Shown here piece by piece: positions 9,903 through 23,006 of a stretch of 64,000 bases of DNA (the first letter of the stretch is position 1; each line of letters begins with the position of its first letter). Source of the DNA: Octopus bimaculoides (Eukaryota); the NCBI RefSeq assembly GCF_001194135.2, contig NC_068994.1, positions 12,908,156 through 12,972,155 on the forward strand, given 5' to 3'. The position numbers and the translations under genes were made by a program. Below the pieces are notes generated by a model. It had not been told where the DNA came from. It searched no databases and worked only from the letters and a program-made list of their open reading frames with translations.

Positions 9903-10580
9903 GTGGAGGCGCAATGGCCCAGTGGTTAGGGCAGCGAACTCGCGGTCGAAGGATCGCGGTTTCAATTCCCAGACCGGGCGTTGTGAGTGTTTATTGAGCA
10001 AAAACACCAAAAGCTCCACGAGGCTCTGGCAGGGGATGGTGGCGAACCCTGCTGTACTCTTCCACCACAACTTTCTCTCACTCTTTCTTCCTGTTTCTGT
10101 TGTGCCTGTAATTCAAAGGGTCAACCTTGTTGCACTGTGTCACGCTGAATATCCCCCGAGAACTACGTTAAGGGTACACGTGTCTGTGGAGTGCTCAGCC
10201 ACTTGCACGTTAATTTCACGAGCAGGCTGTTCCGTTGATNNNNNNNNNNTTCAATTCCCAGACCGGGCGTTGTGAGTGTTTATTGAGCAAAAACACCAAA
10301 AGCTCCACGAGGCTCTGGCAGGGGATGGTGGCGAACCCTGCTGTACTCTTCCACCACAACTTTCTCTCACTCTTTCTTCCTGTTTCTGTTGTGCCTGTAA
10401 TTCAAAGGGTCAACCTTGTTGCACTGTGTCACGCTGAATATCCCCCGAGAACTACGTTAAGGGTACACGTGTCTGTGGAGTGCTCAGCCACTTGCACGTT
10501 AATTTCACGAGCAGGCTGTTCCGTTGATCGGATCAACTGGAACCCTCGACGTCGTAAGCGACGGAGTGCCAACAACAACA
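9903..10580 (+). mobile_element. tRNA-derived SINE family A (body appears twice across a small gap, probably an assembly overlap)
   Basis: Same head, body and tail as 2353-2732; TSD ATTCAGCTTA (9892-9901 and 10581-10590). Confidence 0.85.
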
Positions 10581-12083
10581 ATTCAGCTTACTCTGTCAAA
10601 TGTAATGCTTATTTATTCACATTGTTTTTTTTTTTTAAATAATCCTGCATTATCTCCTAGCTTTGAGACTTTGATGATGTGGCTGTATATTTTCAGAATG
10701 ACACTGTAGGGTAGGTGTAATAGGTCAGATCTGGTTAGTTTTAACATAAAACAGATGGAATATTTAGATTACATATGATCAATTTAAATGCTAAATGGTT
10801 CATTAAAACATTAACAGTCCATAAAGTGTTCCCTCGGACAATTCAACATAAGCTTAACTAATAAAAGATGTGAGAGTGAACAACGTCACATGATAGAGTC
10901 ATGTTCATTGATTGGATGACATTTAATAAACAATGCTTTGTGTCGAGGCAACTGGAGTTGTCTCAGCCATCCTTTACCAGGTCTTTGAATTGTCATTGAA
11001 CTTTGCCCTTTTCTAGGTAAGAGCATTAACCCTATGTAAACCCACTTTTTACCTCTGGGAAGAGGTAGTCCATGTTAGTCTGACTTCTATTTTTTGACCT
11101 GTCCAGCAGGAAAGTCCCCCAACAGGAGCTTGCTCTCCACCAGCATAGCTCTCAGGGTCATTCATCATCATCATCATCATCACCGTTTAACGTCCGCTTT
11201 CCATGCTAGCATGGGTTGGACGATTTGACTGAGGACTGGTGAAACCAGATGGCAACACCAGGCTGCAATCTGATTTGGCAGAGTTTCTACAGCTGGATGC
11301 CCTTCCTAACGCCAACCACTCTGAGAGTGTAGTGGGTGCTTTTACGTGTCACCCGCACGAAGGCCAGTCAGGCGGTACTGGCAACGGCCACGCTCAAAAT
11401 GGTGTATTTTATGTGCCACTCGTACAAGAGCCAGTCCAGGGGCACTGGCAACGATCTCGCTCGAAAATCCTTACACATGTCACGGGCTCAAGTGCCAGAA
11501 AGGCNNNNNNNNNNNNNNNNNNNNNNNNNNNNNNNNNNNNNNNNNNNNNNNNNNNNNNNNNNNNNNNNNNNNNNNTCATTCATCATCATCATCATCATCA
11601 CCGTTTAACGTCCGCTTTCCATGCTAGCATGGGTTGGACGATTTGACTGAGGACTGGTGAAACCAGATGGCAACACCAGGCTGCAATCTGATTTGGCAGA
11701 GTTTCTACAGCTGGATGCCCTTCCTAACGCCAACCACTCTGAGAGTGTAGTGGGTGCTTTTACGTGTCACCCGCACGAAGGCCAGTCAGGCGGTACTGGC
11801 AACGGCCACGCTCAAAATGGTGTATTTTATGTGCCACTCGTACAAGAGCCAGTCCAGGGGCACTGGCAACGATCTCGCTCGAAAATCCTTACACATGTCA
11901 CGGGCTCAAGTGCCAGAAAGGCGACGCTGGGCACAGGTGCTATCCCACACTGTAACAAGGACTGCATCTTGTGATGGATTTCAGTCATATCAAGGGCTAT
12001 ATGACATACCATCACAACCCTGTTTTTCTACTGTCATTTATTGTGTTTAAATATTTTAAAAACTTGTTTAAATCATTCTACAG

Positions 12084-12193
12084 GAATGTGGAAAAACGCA
12101 CTCAAACAGAACGTTGGACAACATTCAAGCAGATTTGTCCGCCTGGACTAATTAATAAGCGAAGAGCAGCCTGTCTGTTTTGTGCTTTACTTA
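12084..12193 (+). CDS. REC8: REC8-like exon, C-terminal winged helix part 1 (NVEKRTQTERWTTFKQICPPGLINKRRAACLFCALL)
   Basis: ctacag|...|gtaagt; 110 nt, phase 2-1; F..L...R..AA..F..LL motif of the Rad21/Rec8 C-terminal domain. Confidence 0.9.
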
Positions 12194-12508
12194 GTAAGTT
12201 AAATACTATTTCAATATCCGAATTAATATCATCATCATCATCGTCATCATTCACTATCCACTTCTCCATGTTTGCAGGAGTCATACAGAATTTGTAGAAG
12301 CAAATTTTTTACAGCTGGATGCCCTTTCTGTCATCAAACTTCACCTGTTTCCATGTGAGGTAATATTTCCCCATAGCCAGATATATTTTCACATAAGATT
12401 GGAAACGAAGGACCCAGCTTATATGATGGCGACATTTATTTACAGCTATCATGTGATGTTAAGGCAGAGAAACACTAACACACACATATATATACATACA
12501 TATATATT

Positions 12509-12925
12509 TATATTTATATAAGGGCATTACTACAGAATAATGCCACACACCAGACTTCCCAAATAAACACATTTTAGTACCGAATGCGAAGAAAAGAAAC
12601 CAACCTTTTTTTAAAAAAAATTCAACTATGTATCGACCGATTTCACGATTACCAGAATGAAATCTAGTTTCCGCTCGTCAGCATAGAATAGTACCAATAT
12701 ATATAAATAAACAAAATCCTCACCTTGGTACTATACTATGCTGACGAGCGGAAACTAGATTTCATTCTGGTAATCGTGAAATCGGTCGATACATTGTTGA
12801 GTTTTTTTTTAAAAAGGTTGGTTTCTTTTGAGGGTTGCTTTTCCTCGCATTCAGCACTAAAATGTGTTTATTTGGGAAGTCTGGTGTGTGGCATTATTCT
12901 GTAGTAATGTCCTTATATAAATATA
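12509..12925. mobile_element. Foldback element with ~185-bp inverted arms carrying a hammerhead-like core
   Basis: 12509-~12697 and ~12727-12925 are near-perfect reverse complements; CTGACGA...GAAA TCGG TC at 12741-12787. Confidence 0.75.
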
Positions 12926-13254
12926 AACGAATAATTATATTCTTGGGAATAGAAATTTCCCTTATGAATTTTTTTACACACTAACTTCCTGATAAAATTC
13001 TTGTAAAAGATTTTTATCCTATTTTGAATTTCGAATACATATATATTTATATATGTGCTTTTAGCATATTCAAACTGATATTGGCATTGCATATTTACTT
13101 ATCACACGCTTAGCGCACTCACCCCTTAATTTAAATAACAGCATCATATCTTCTCTTGTTTCTATCCCCGCCAAGTGATCTCAGTAAAACCACAAACCAT
13201 TTTGTACCTGACACTTCAAATATTTCTCTCTCTTTCTTTTTTCATCCGTTCCAG

Positions 13255-13343
13255 TGGCTCATCAGAACTGCCTGATACGCCTCAAACAGAAGGAACCATA
13301 CGGTGATATCTACATCAGATTAAGGACAACACCACCACCATAA
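13255..13343 (+). CDS. REC8: REC8-like terminal coding exon (MAHQNCLIRLKQKEPYGDIYIRLRTTPPP*)
   Basis: Long pyrimidine tract and ccag| acceptor; Q.EPYGDI.I kleisin C-terminal signature; TAA at 13341-13343; ATTAAA at 13400-13405. Confidence 0.92.
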
Positions 13344-13938
13344 GATCAATCTTTGTACACTCTCTCGTCACACACACACAGATACTGCATAGTAGCATCA
13401 TTAAACATCAAGGACTGAACATCTTCTATTTCTCTCTTCTATCTTTTCTCTTTCCAAAGAAAATATTTCTCCCAGCATTCACTATTTTCCTCTCGTTCTG
13501 GTCTAACAACCCTCCTTGTTTGTTTTCATTCGGTTTCCTTGTGTGTCTCCACTATCCTGTTTTTGTTCCCAACTTTCACCCTCCATAAATCCAAAATTTT
13601 ATTTTGGAATTTATGGGAGCATCTGTCTTTGAAGACTCATATTGTTGTTGAATGCTCGAAATGAGGAGTAGATAGACAGCCGACAACTGATGAAGGGTCA
13701 TTCTTTGTGTTACTTGTCTTGTTTTCCATTTTTTCCTCTTGTTGTTTGTGTATTTAACTCGTTTGTTTTCATACTTCATGTTGTTTACACAGTTGATGAC
13801 ATCCTGTACCCATATAAGCATGCATACATATATATTATATTATTATTTAATGGAACACCATGCATTCATTTCTAAGTAAGTTTATATAAATGCATACATA
13901 CATTCATGTGTTTGTGAGTGTGTGTGTCTATGTATATA

Positions 13939-14777
13939 CAGGGTGCGATGAATAAACTGTTGTCTGAATTACACAAAAATGAAAATAACACTGACATCTC
14001 ATTTTAACAGATATATTTACCGAAATTACATAAAAATATCTTGAAACATTAAAGAGTCAAGTTATTCAATAAAATTGCCATTGGCTTCAACCACGGTCTC
14101 CAGACAACTTTGGAATCTCCTGCGACTCTTGGTGAATGCTGCCGTAATCCTTGCTTTCAGTTTATCTTTGGCGTTACAAGGAGTTTTGTTGGTCCCTCGC
14201 TCAACTTCACCCCACACACAATAATCAAGGAGTTAGATGGCCAGATGTTCGGGGCTGATGAGGTCACAATTTCTGTGACCTCATCACCTTCGAACATGAC
14301 TAGGTTCTTCTGCTTGTGTGGCATAATGCAGAGTCCTGTTGCCAGACAGAGGGTCTTCCAGTAGCCACCCTCTTGACCCAGGGCAGCACTACCTCCTCCA
14401 GGTACTTGATGTAGGCCTCCCTGTTGAGTCTGAGGTCTTATGGAAAAATGAATGGAGGCACAATGTCGCCATCTAGTGATCACTCCGAACACTATGATGT
14501 TGACTGGATGTTTGATTTTTATCACTCTTGGTACATGTCCTCAGATTGACATCCAAACACTGAAATGTTCATATTGGAGCTTCTGGCCCAAATGCCAAGC
14601 AATACAGCATATCATTTCCAAATTTCTGGCAGAGTGAATTGTGTCTTGGTGCTGTTTTTCTCAGAGATGGTGCCCAACTGACTCTACTATACTGTGTAGT
14701 CAACAAAATCAGAAACAAAAATGTGCCTGTGTGAAATTAAACATGTTAAATGGTGCCAATTTACTCATCGTACCCTG
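13939..14777 (-). mobile_element. Internally deleted IS630-Tc1-mariner transposon relic
   Basis: TIRs CAGGGTGCGATGAATAA (13939) and TTACTCATCGTACCCTG (14761-14777); TA on the left flank; frameshifted transposase peptides (KHPVNI.VFGVIT, ...PNIWP.NS...). Confidence 0.85.
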
Positions 14778-15010
14778 CATACATGCACAAACACACATAC
14801 ATGCCAACATGCAATGCATTTATTTTGGTCTCTATTATTTAAGCGTCTGCAATATTTTACATGCATTTTTTTTTTGCCTATTAATATATTTATATGTATT
14901 TTAATATATAAACACCATAGAAAATGAAATTACTACCAAGATATAATAAAAATGGGAGGAGTAACAAACAGACATTAAAATATCTAAGTAAATAAGGATA
15001 ATGATGATGG

Positions 15011-15067
<57 letters not shown>

Positions 15068-15234
15068 TCCGTTCTACTATAGGCACAAGATCTGAAATTT
15101 GGGGGGCAAGGACTAGTCGATTACATTTGAACTCAGAACCTAAAGACAGATGAAATACCGCTAAGCATTTTGTCCAGCATGCTGCCCTAATGATGACGAT
15201 GACGATGACGATGACGATGACAACAACGACGATA

Positions 15235-15270
<36 letters not shown>

Positions 15271-18200
15271 TAATCTTTTCTACTCTCGGCAAAAAAATTT
15301 TGGGAGAGGGGCTCAGTCAATTAGATCTATAAGTACAAGACCTTAAATTTTGAGGGAGGGAGCTTGTCAATTATATCAATCCCAGTGCTTGACTGTTACA
15401 TTATCAACCCTAAAAAGATGAAAGGTAAAATTGACCATGGCAGGATTTGAACTCAGAATGTAAAGATCAGGAAGAAATGATGCTAAGTATTTTGTCCGGT
15501 GCCCTAATGGTTAGCAACAATAATCATTTCTAACATTGCCATCTTTAAACATCCTTTCAAAATAATTTTAAGGCCTTTCACTTGATTTAATTAAAAAAAA
15601 AAATTTTTTTAAAATTTTCTTTTTATAAACATCACATAACTCCCGATAAATGTAAAAAAAAGAGCCAAAAAACAGCAAATTAAGAAATGAAAATCAAAGT
15701 TGTGGCTTCAATGTTGATATTGATATGAAAATTATATACCCCTTCATCAAAAATAATCACTCAGGACAGCCTACATACATACATACATCATCATCATCAT
15801 CATCACTGTTTAAAGTCCACTTTCCATGCTGGCAGGGGTTAGACAGTTTGGCAGGAGCTTGCCCCAAACCTGTCTGTCTGTTTTGGCAGGATATTTACGG
15901 CTAGATGCCCTTCCTAACACCAACCACTCACCCAGCAGAGTGAACTACACGCATACATATATGCATACACACACACACATTTATATATGTATATATTGGT
16001 TACAAAAATCAATGAAATCAAATGAAATTATGCTCATGGATATGTTGGTGGATGGACATTACAAGGTTAAATTAGTGGGCTGCGGGGGGGGGGGAGCTAT
16101 GTTGGTTATGGTAAGGGATTAATTGACTTTTCTATTTTACTTTTGGTAAATCTTTGATATAAAGATTTACACTTGATAATCTTTTATTCAAAATACTTTG
16201 GACTGTGGAAGTGTTTTGGATTTTGAAACTGATTGAATATTTGCACCTATAAAAAGTAGCCATTTACATTTGATGATAATCAATGAGGTTGATGATTTCT
16301 TTAATTTGCTATAAGGGTAACGAGTGGTGAGGGTAGGGGACATTACAGTGACAGGTTACAAAACCTGGATAGACATTACAAGGATAAATTAGTGGGCTGG
16401 TGGGGTGGGAATTATATCAGGTATGGTAAACAGGCATTAAAACAAAAACAGTGAAATGGCAGAATCGTTAGCATGCTGGGCGAAATGCTTAGCTGTATTT
16501 CACCTGTCGCTATGCTCTGAGTTCAAATTAAGCCGGGGTCGATAAATTAAGTACCAGTTGCGTACTGGAGTCGATCTAATCCTCCCACAAAATTTCAGGC
16601 CTTGTGCCTATAGTAGAAAGGATTTTTAAAATACAATTGATCTGTATTTGAAACAAGATTTTTTTCTTCTTTAAATGGTCTGGGCGCCAAGCATATATGT
16701 GTGTGGACTATGGGTATCCTCAAATAAATTCATGCCTGGAAAGGAACTTCTTTCTAAAATAATTACAAAACATTTATTTAAGATCTGTTCATTTTAATTT
16801 GATGAATTTCTATTTTGCAAGTTAATTTTGGTTTCCATTGTTTATAAACTCAATTATAATTTTGTTTTGTTGATTTGAAAAATTCAGTTTGTTGAGGTGA
16901 GCTTATTCTTTTCTATTTTTCTTTATATTGTTGTTTGATCTTTCTTGATTTTTTTCTATTTAATTTAGAAAGTATTTTTCGGGCATTCCATAAATACTGG
17001 ATATAAATTCTGTATTAAATACCACAAGAAACTAACACTAATTTCTGTTTTAGTGCTAAAACCCAAGTTCCAACTTTTTACTCTAATAAATAACCTTTTT
17101 CTCCTAAAACTGAATGTAATCTAACATTGGCTATCCCAGGGCTAACTTTTACCCTAAATTCTTGTCCTAGCCCTATGCTGATTTCCAACCCAGACCCTGA
17201 CCTAAATCTAACTAACCTGCCCTAAGGATATTTTTAATCCACTGTTACTTAGCTTTATCATCTGCTTCAAGATTCACTTTTCCTCAAATGAATTATTTCA
17301 CTACTATGTTTGTTACTATCACTTATGAAAACGATTTAATATTATTAATTATAAGAAGGTAGCGAGCTGGCAGAATCATTAACATACCATAAAATGTTTA
17401 AAACTATTATAATAATATATTTATTGTAACTGTTTATTACAGTTATTTAATATAACAATATCGAAATTATTTAATACAAAATGTTCATTGTGTAACATAA
17501 GATATTTTTTGTAACTTATATTTATTTTAATATCTCAATATGATTATTTAATATGAAGTGCTTTTTGTGACTAAGTACACTTTTAGTATTTATTATACAA
17601 TAAGGCAGAAAACTGGCAAAATTGTCAGCATGCTGGGCAAAATGCTTAGTAGCATTTCATCCATCGTTACATCCAGAGTTGAAATTCTGCCAAGGTAGAC
17701 TTTGCCTTTCATCCTTTCAGGGTTGCTAAAATAAGTACCAGTTGAGCACTGGGGTCGATGTAATCGACTTAACCCTCCCCCAAAATTGCTGTCCTTGTGC
17801 CAAAATTTGAAACCAATATTTATTATAACTATATCTCAAATTATTTAACTATTTATTTAACATTATAACAATATAATGACTATTTAATATCTAATACTTT
17901 TTGTGGCAAAATGTATTTATTAATATCAATTATATAATGATTATTTCATGTAAGATAATTTTCATGACTATTTATTGTAGCTATTTATTATATTTTATAT
18001 CATAACTACACCTTGACTATTTAATATAAAATATTTATTGCGACTATTATTGAATTGTCAGCTAAATTGATTAATTTTTGTTTTCTACTTGATGTTCCAT
18101 TGTATGTCTGAAAAGAGGTAAAAATTTATTCAAATTTCAAAGACTATTAAAAATAAAACCCATAAAACAATATAATAAGGATTAAAATAATTGGAAAAAA

Positions 18201-18844
18201 AGAAAATGAAATTGACAACTTAATTTTTATATTATATTTTATATTAATATCATAATTTTTATATTGATATCATAACTATGTCTAGACTATGTAATAAGTT
18301 TTTTTATGGTTATTTATATCAATTTATTATGTTTATGTATTTGTCTTACAGTGTTAGCGTTTTCTATTATAGCTTCAAGCCAGCCACTGCTTTTTGAGTG
18401 AGTTTGTTTGATGGAAGCTGTGTGGAAGCCCATCATGTGTGTGTGTGTGTGTGTGTGAAGGGGGGGGGGCGGTGTCTTTGAGTTTGGTCCCCACTTCCAC
18501 CACTTCACAACTAGTGTTGGTTTGTCACATCCCCATAACTTAGTGGTTCAGCAAAAATGACCACTATAGTTAGCAGATTTTTTTTTAAATAGGCACTGGG
18601 CTTGATTTGTTCAACTAAACCCTTCAAGATGGTACCCCAGTATGGCCACAGTCTAATGACTGAAACAAATAAAAAAAAAAAGACACAAAAGGTTCATTTA
18701 GTTGATAAACTTCCCGTTTACAAATTTTCATTTTACTCAGTAAAAAAGATTGTTTCTGACAAACATATACATATTTAAAATAGCCATCTGTGTATTGTAC
18801 TTAGTGTTAACTCAAGATAGGCAAATTAACCGAAGTATTAGTTC

Positions 18845-19284
18845 TGAGATAACATCTCATATGGATATGCTGTGTTTAAAAACACAACATATGAAAATTG
18901 TCCAAGCAGCAGCTGGTGAGAATGCTAGATGCAAGTATCTGCCTGATTGAGCTTTGTCAGTAGCATGTACTCATAGCCAACTACATACCTGTCACCATTG
19001 ATATAGGAAAACTTAACACTGTTTCTCTTGCATATAACAGGATTTTATTCAGCCAGGCAGCTATTTGCAATATCAGTGAATATTTATTCACTTTTTTTCC
19101 TTATATCAGTGACAACAGATTTCTTTTTGGCATGTGGTTGGTTGTGAGTAAATGCTACTGATGAAGCCTAATGAGGCAGAAATGCATCTAGGATTCTCAC
19201 CAGCCACTGCTTGGACAATTTTCATCTGCCTCCATTATATATTGTGTTTTTAAACACAGCACATCCATATGAGATATTATCCCA
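18845..19284. mobile_element. Foldback element (~135-bp diverged arms) with hammerhead-like motif
   Basis: 18845-18981 is the diverged reverse complement of 19137-19284; hammerhead-like motif at 19151-19195. Confidence 0.7.
19151..19195 (+). ncRNA. Minimal type-I hammerhead ribozyme-like motif
   Basis: AATGCTA-CTGATGA-A-GCCT-AATG-AGGC-A-GAAA-TGCA-TC^TAGGATT: stem I 6/7 bp, 4-bp stem II, palindromic tetraloop TGCA; A.A mismatch at the base of stem II. Confidence 0.65.
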
Positions 19285-22200
19285 GGATGGATAGGATTGG
19301 ATTGGATTGGATTGCCTATGCTCAGTTCACTGCAGAATTAAGGCCTTAGCATGTTCTCTTCACCAACCATGGTCTGATGTGGATGCTGTAAATTAAACTT
19401 GAGATCATACTGCTTTGATGAGCCTACTCTGCCACAAAGTTAAAGGCAAAGTTGACCTCAGCAGAATTTGAACTCAGAATGTAAAGCCAGATGAAATACC
19501 ACTAAACATTTCACCATGCATGCTAATGATTCTACCAGCTTACCTCCATCTCAGGATGAAAACCGGAGTTAATTTGCCTATCATAATGTATTAACCTCAA
19601 GTATAGATACACAAATGGGTATTCCAATCTAATGCTGTTTGCTTCTGTTGTATATAACAGTTTTATATAGACAGTGACAATAGAAAATACAGCCATACTC
19701 CTAGTTCCTCATATATAATTTCACACTGAAATGCGAGTAACTATAGCACTACAGCTCTCATAAACACACATTCATGCTACATGTGTTTTCTTCATGGACT
19801 TTCCTGTGTGTTCATTTATAGTGTTCAAATGTATGAGACAGTGTTCAAATGTTTGTCTCAATACATTTGCTACTCCTGCCAGCAAAATGACTTTCCATGT
19901 ACAGGCAACATGGTGCACCAAATGTCAGCTTTCAAAGTGATTGCAGAGCAATGTGAAATTAAGTACTTTGCTCAAGAACGCAATGCATCACCTTGTCCAG
20001 GAATTGATACTGCTATCCTATGATTGTGAGTGCAACACCCTGACCACTGGGCCACACATCTACGCATTACTTCACACGGCACATGTAATATATTAATACA
20101 TGAGTGCAAGAACACATTTAAACACAACACTCAGCATTGTGCCAAATCCTAGACATTGAGAGGTAGGGCAAAATACTGGAAGATATTCGGTTTCTATCAT
20201 TTTCACCACCTTCACCTGCTCAACAATTCCTGTATACTCACAAACAATGGTGTATGTGTGTGTTATGTATTACTTTATTAATAAAATGTTCTGAAAACAC
20301 TAAAAATGTAGTCTCTTTATTCAATTCATTTACCCTTCTTTATCTGTGGCTTTTTTTTGACTCAGGTTTATCCTCCTCCTCCTCCTCATCATCATCATCA
20401 TTAAATGTCCACTCTCCCATGTTTCTATGAGCTGGACAGAGTTGGGAGTGCATGTTACAAATAGGTGTTGATCCTATGCAAACATTTGTGCCTCTGGGGA
20501 CAGGTGGTCCATATTTATTTAACCTCTATAATCTGAACAATTCATTGGCTTGTGCTCCATTCGCGTAGCTCTCAGGATCATTGACAGACACACAAATCAC
20601 CACATTGCAACAAGAAATGGCCTTTGCAATGATTTTCATTACCTTGGTCATGGTGTATCTCGTGTGAAAAGGTTTTCTAATGTAAGTGTTTCTATAACTG
20701 TCTCAGTCGCAGTATCCCTACTATGTCCTACAAACACCACTTTTCAACTACTTTTAGTCTGGTGTAGAGTCCTGTCTGAAGCACAGGTTGCAATCGGAAA
20801 ATAAGGATGTACAACTAATTTTGAGTCACTGGCACGTTCTTAAAAGTGGTTGGCATTAGGAAGGGCATCCAGCCGTAGAAATCATATCAAAACAGACTAT
20901 GGAACCTGGTGCGACCCCTGCCCTTGCCAGTTCCTGTCAAGCTGTCCAACCCATGCCAGTATGGAAAATGGGCGTTAAATGATGATGGTGGTGGCGGCGA
21001 TGACGATGAGGAAGATCGATACCCTGTCAATCATTTTAGTTCTTTTTCTAACAGTCTAACTATATATATCATCTCTCTTTCTAATCCTTGTCCATCATTC
21101 TGCCTTTATAGCTCTCACACTCGTTCCCCCACCTCAGCTTCACTCAATTGCCAAACGTTGCTTTCTTCACCTCAACCTCCATTATTCTCTGTCAAAGCAA
21201 CCTACAGTCTAAGACATTGAACCAGTCACGTAATGTCAGCTTTTACCCGACACCTTTCTTGACATTACTTTCCCTCCCATCCCATATTTCCACAGACACC
21301 ATTCCCCCAAACACAACGAGGGAGCCTCTACGTGGTGTCTCGAACTCCTAGAAATAGTAGCTAGATCTCCCACACACGCTGTCGTCTACAAAAATAAAAG
21401 ACACAATGGATAGTATACCAGATACATAACCAGCAAAACAAAAATTTTAAAAAAATATGATAGCCACGGCTGGAATGTCTTTTGATCAGCAATGTGTTTG
21501 ATCAAAGTAAATAGTTTTCTAAGATATCTATTTATACTAGTGTCATGGCGTTAATATAACGACCGATAGTAATATTACCTATTTTAAAACAGTTGTCAGT
21601 TTTTGCCATGTTCTTAACTCGTCAATCAGCACGTACACACAAACGGTGGCGATTCTATTCAATAAGAGGGCTTTTTTTTTCCTGGCTTAGCACTCAAGTA
21701 ATACATAGTCCGCTGTCTGTCCGACTACTGTCAAAGATGTACAGAACCATGGCCCCTAAATTCCTTATGGCAGTCAGATCAGTAAGTATTACAGTATTTT
21801 TTGGTTGAAGTCTTTTGCTGGAGCTGCAACAAGGTCTCTGTTTTGCCAAATAGGATTTTCTACCGAAGACTAGCTCAGCGCTGTACAAAACAATAACCAT
21901 AAATTATACGGTTGTTGGGCGCAACTACAGAAACATGCCCCACTCTTCCCGACTTTGTTTCCCCCCATAACTTTTTTAAATTGTATAAAAAAAATTTTCC
22001 AAGCATATACTTTAGATACATAATCTGCACTATCTAAAATGTATCTGGAAAATTTCATTAAAAAGAATATGTATTCTAAAGAAAGTTAAGGATAGGCGGG
22101 ACAAAGTTGGGGAACACAAACACACTTCTGTAAAGACGCTGGTTGTTGTGGTTTCGCACCTGGTCAGCCTTGATTAAAAAGACTTTTGATCAAAGACAGG

Positions 22201-22390
22201 CATTACAGCCGTGACGTTGCACCACGTGTTGACATAGTGTATCTAGGACCAAATGCACTTTAATTTTGAAGACAGTAAAATGTGATTATTGAAAAGTCTG
22301 GTTACACGGTTGCTAAGTCCCAAATCAGTTCCGAATGAGTAGACGTTATGATCAAAGAAATTCAAACTTTGGTCTTAACATATTTTGTAC

Positions 22391-22423
<33 letters not shown>

Positions 22424-22922
22424 CTGTATATGAGAGCCTTAGGGCTTGGTGCCACTTATCCTGTGCGTTAAAATAAGAACTACGGTAGATAATATAGATT
22501 TCAAATTTTGAAACAAGACCAGCACATTCGAGGGAGAGGATAAGTCGATTACAGCAACCCCACACTATTCAACTGGTACTTATTTTATCGACCCCGGCGC
22601 CATTTGAACTCCGAACGTAAAGTCGGAAGAAACGCAGTTAAGCATTTTGTCCAGCGTGATAACGATTCTGCCAGCTCGTCATCCGAATGTGGTGGATAAT
22701 ATAGAATAAGAAACCGTCAAGGCGGTGAGCAAGGCACCGCTTTATTACAGACTGAAACGAGAAAGAGAGAGAGAGAGAGTACGTGTGTGTGTATATATAT
22801 ATACACATACAAGCACATACAGTATTTACTTGTATATAAAGCGCACCCCGATCTTTCTGATTTGGCGGGCATCACTTTTTATTTAGTGTGTTTTCTATCA
22901 GAAAGATCCTACATACATACAT

Positions 22923-23006
<84 letters not shown>

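Noticed and set aside
9950-10540. Tandem duplications flanking small gaps (also 11157-11504/11576 onward and 42424-42473/42484 onward)
   Set aside because: Identical sequence on both sides of a short N run is typical of unmerged overlapping contig ends.
20242-20775. Two minus-strand exon-like segments (20643-20775 and 20242-20290) and a faint U1-like string GAGATACACCATGACCAAGG
   Set aside because: Joined frames give only MTKNILLIK*; the U1 similarity does not extend to the 5' ATACTTACC or the Sm site; too weak without RNA data.
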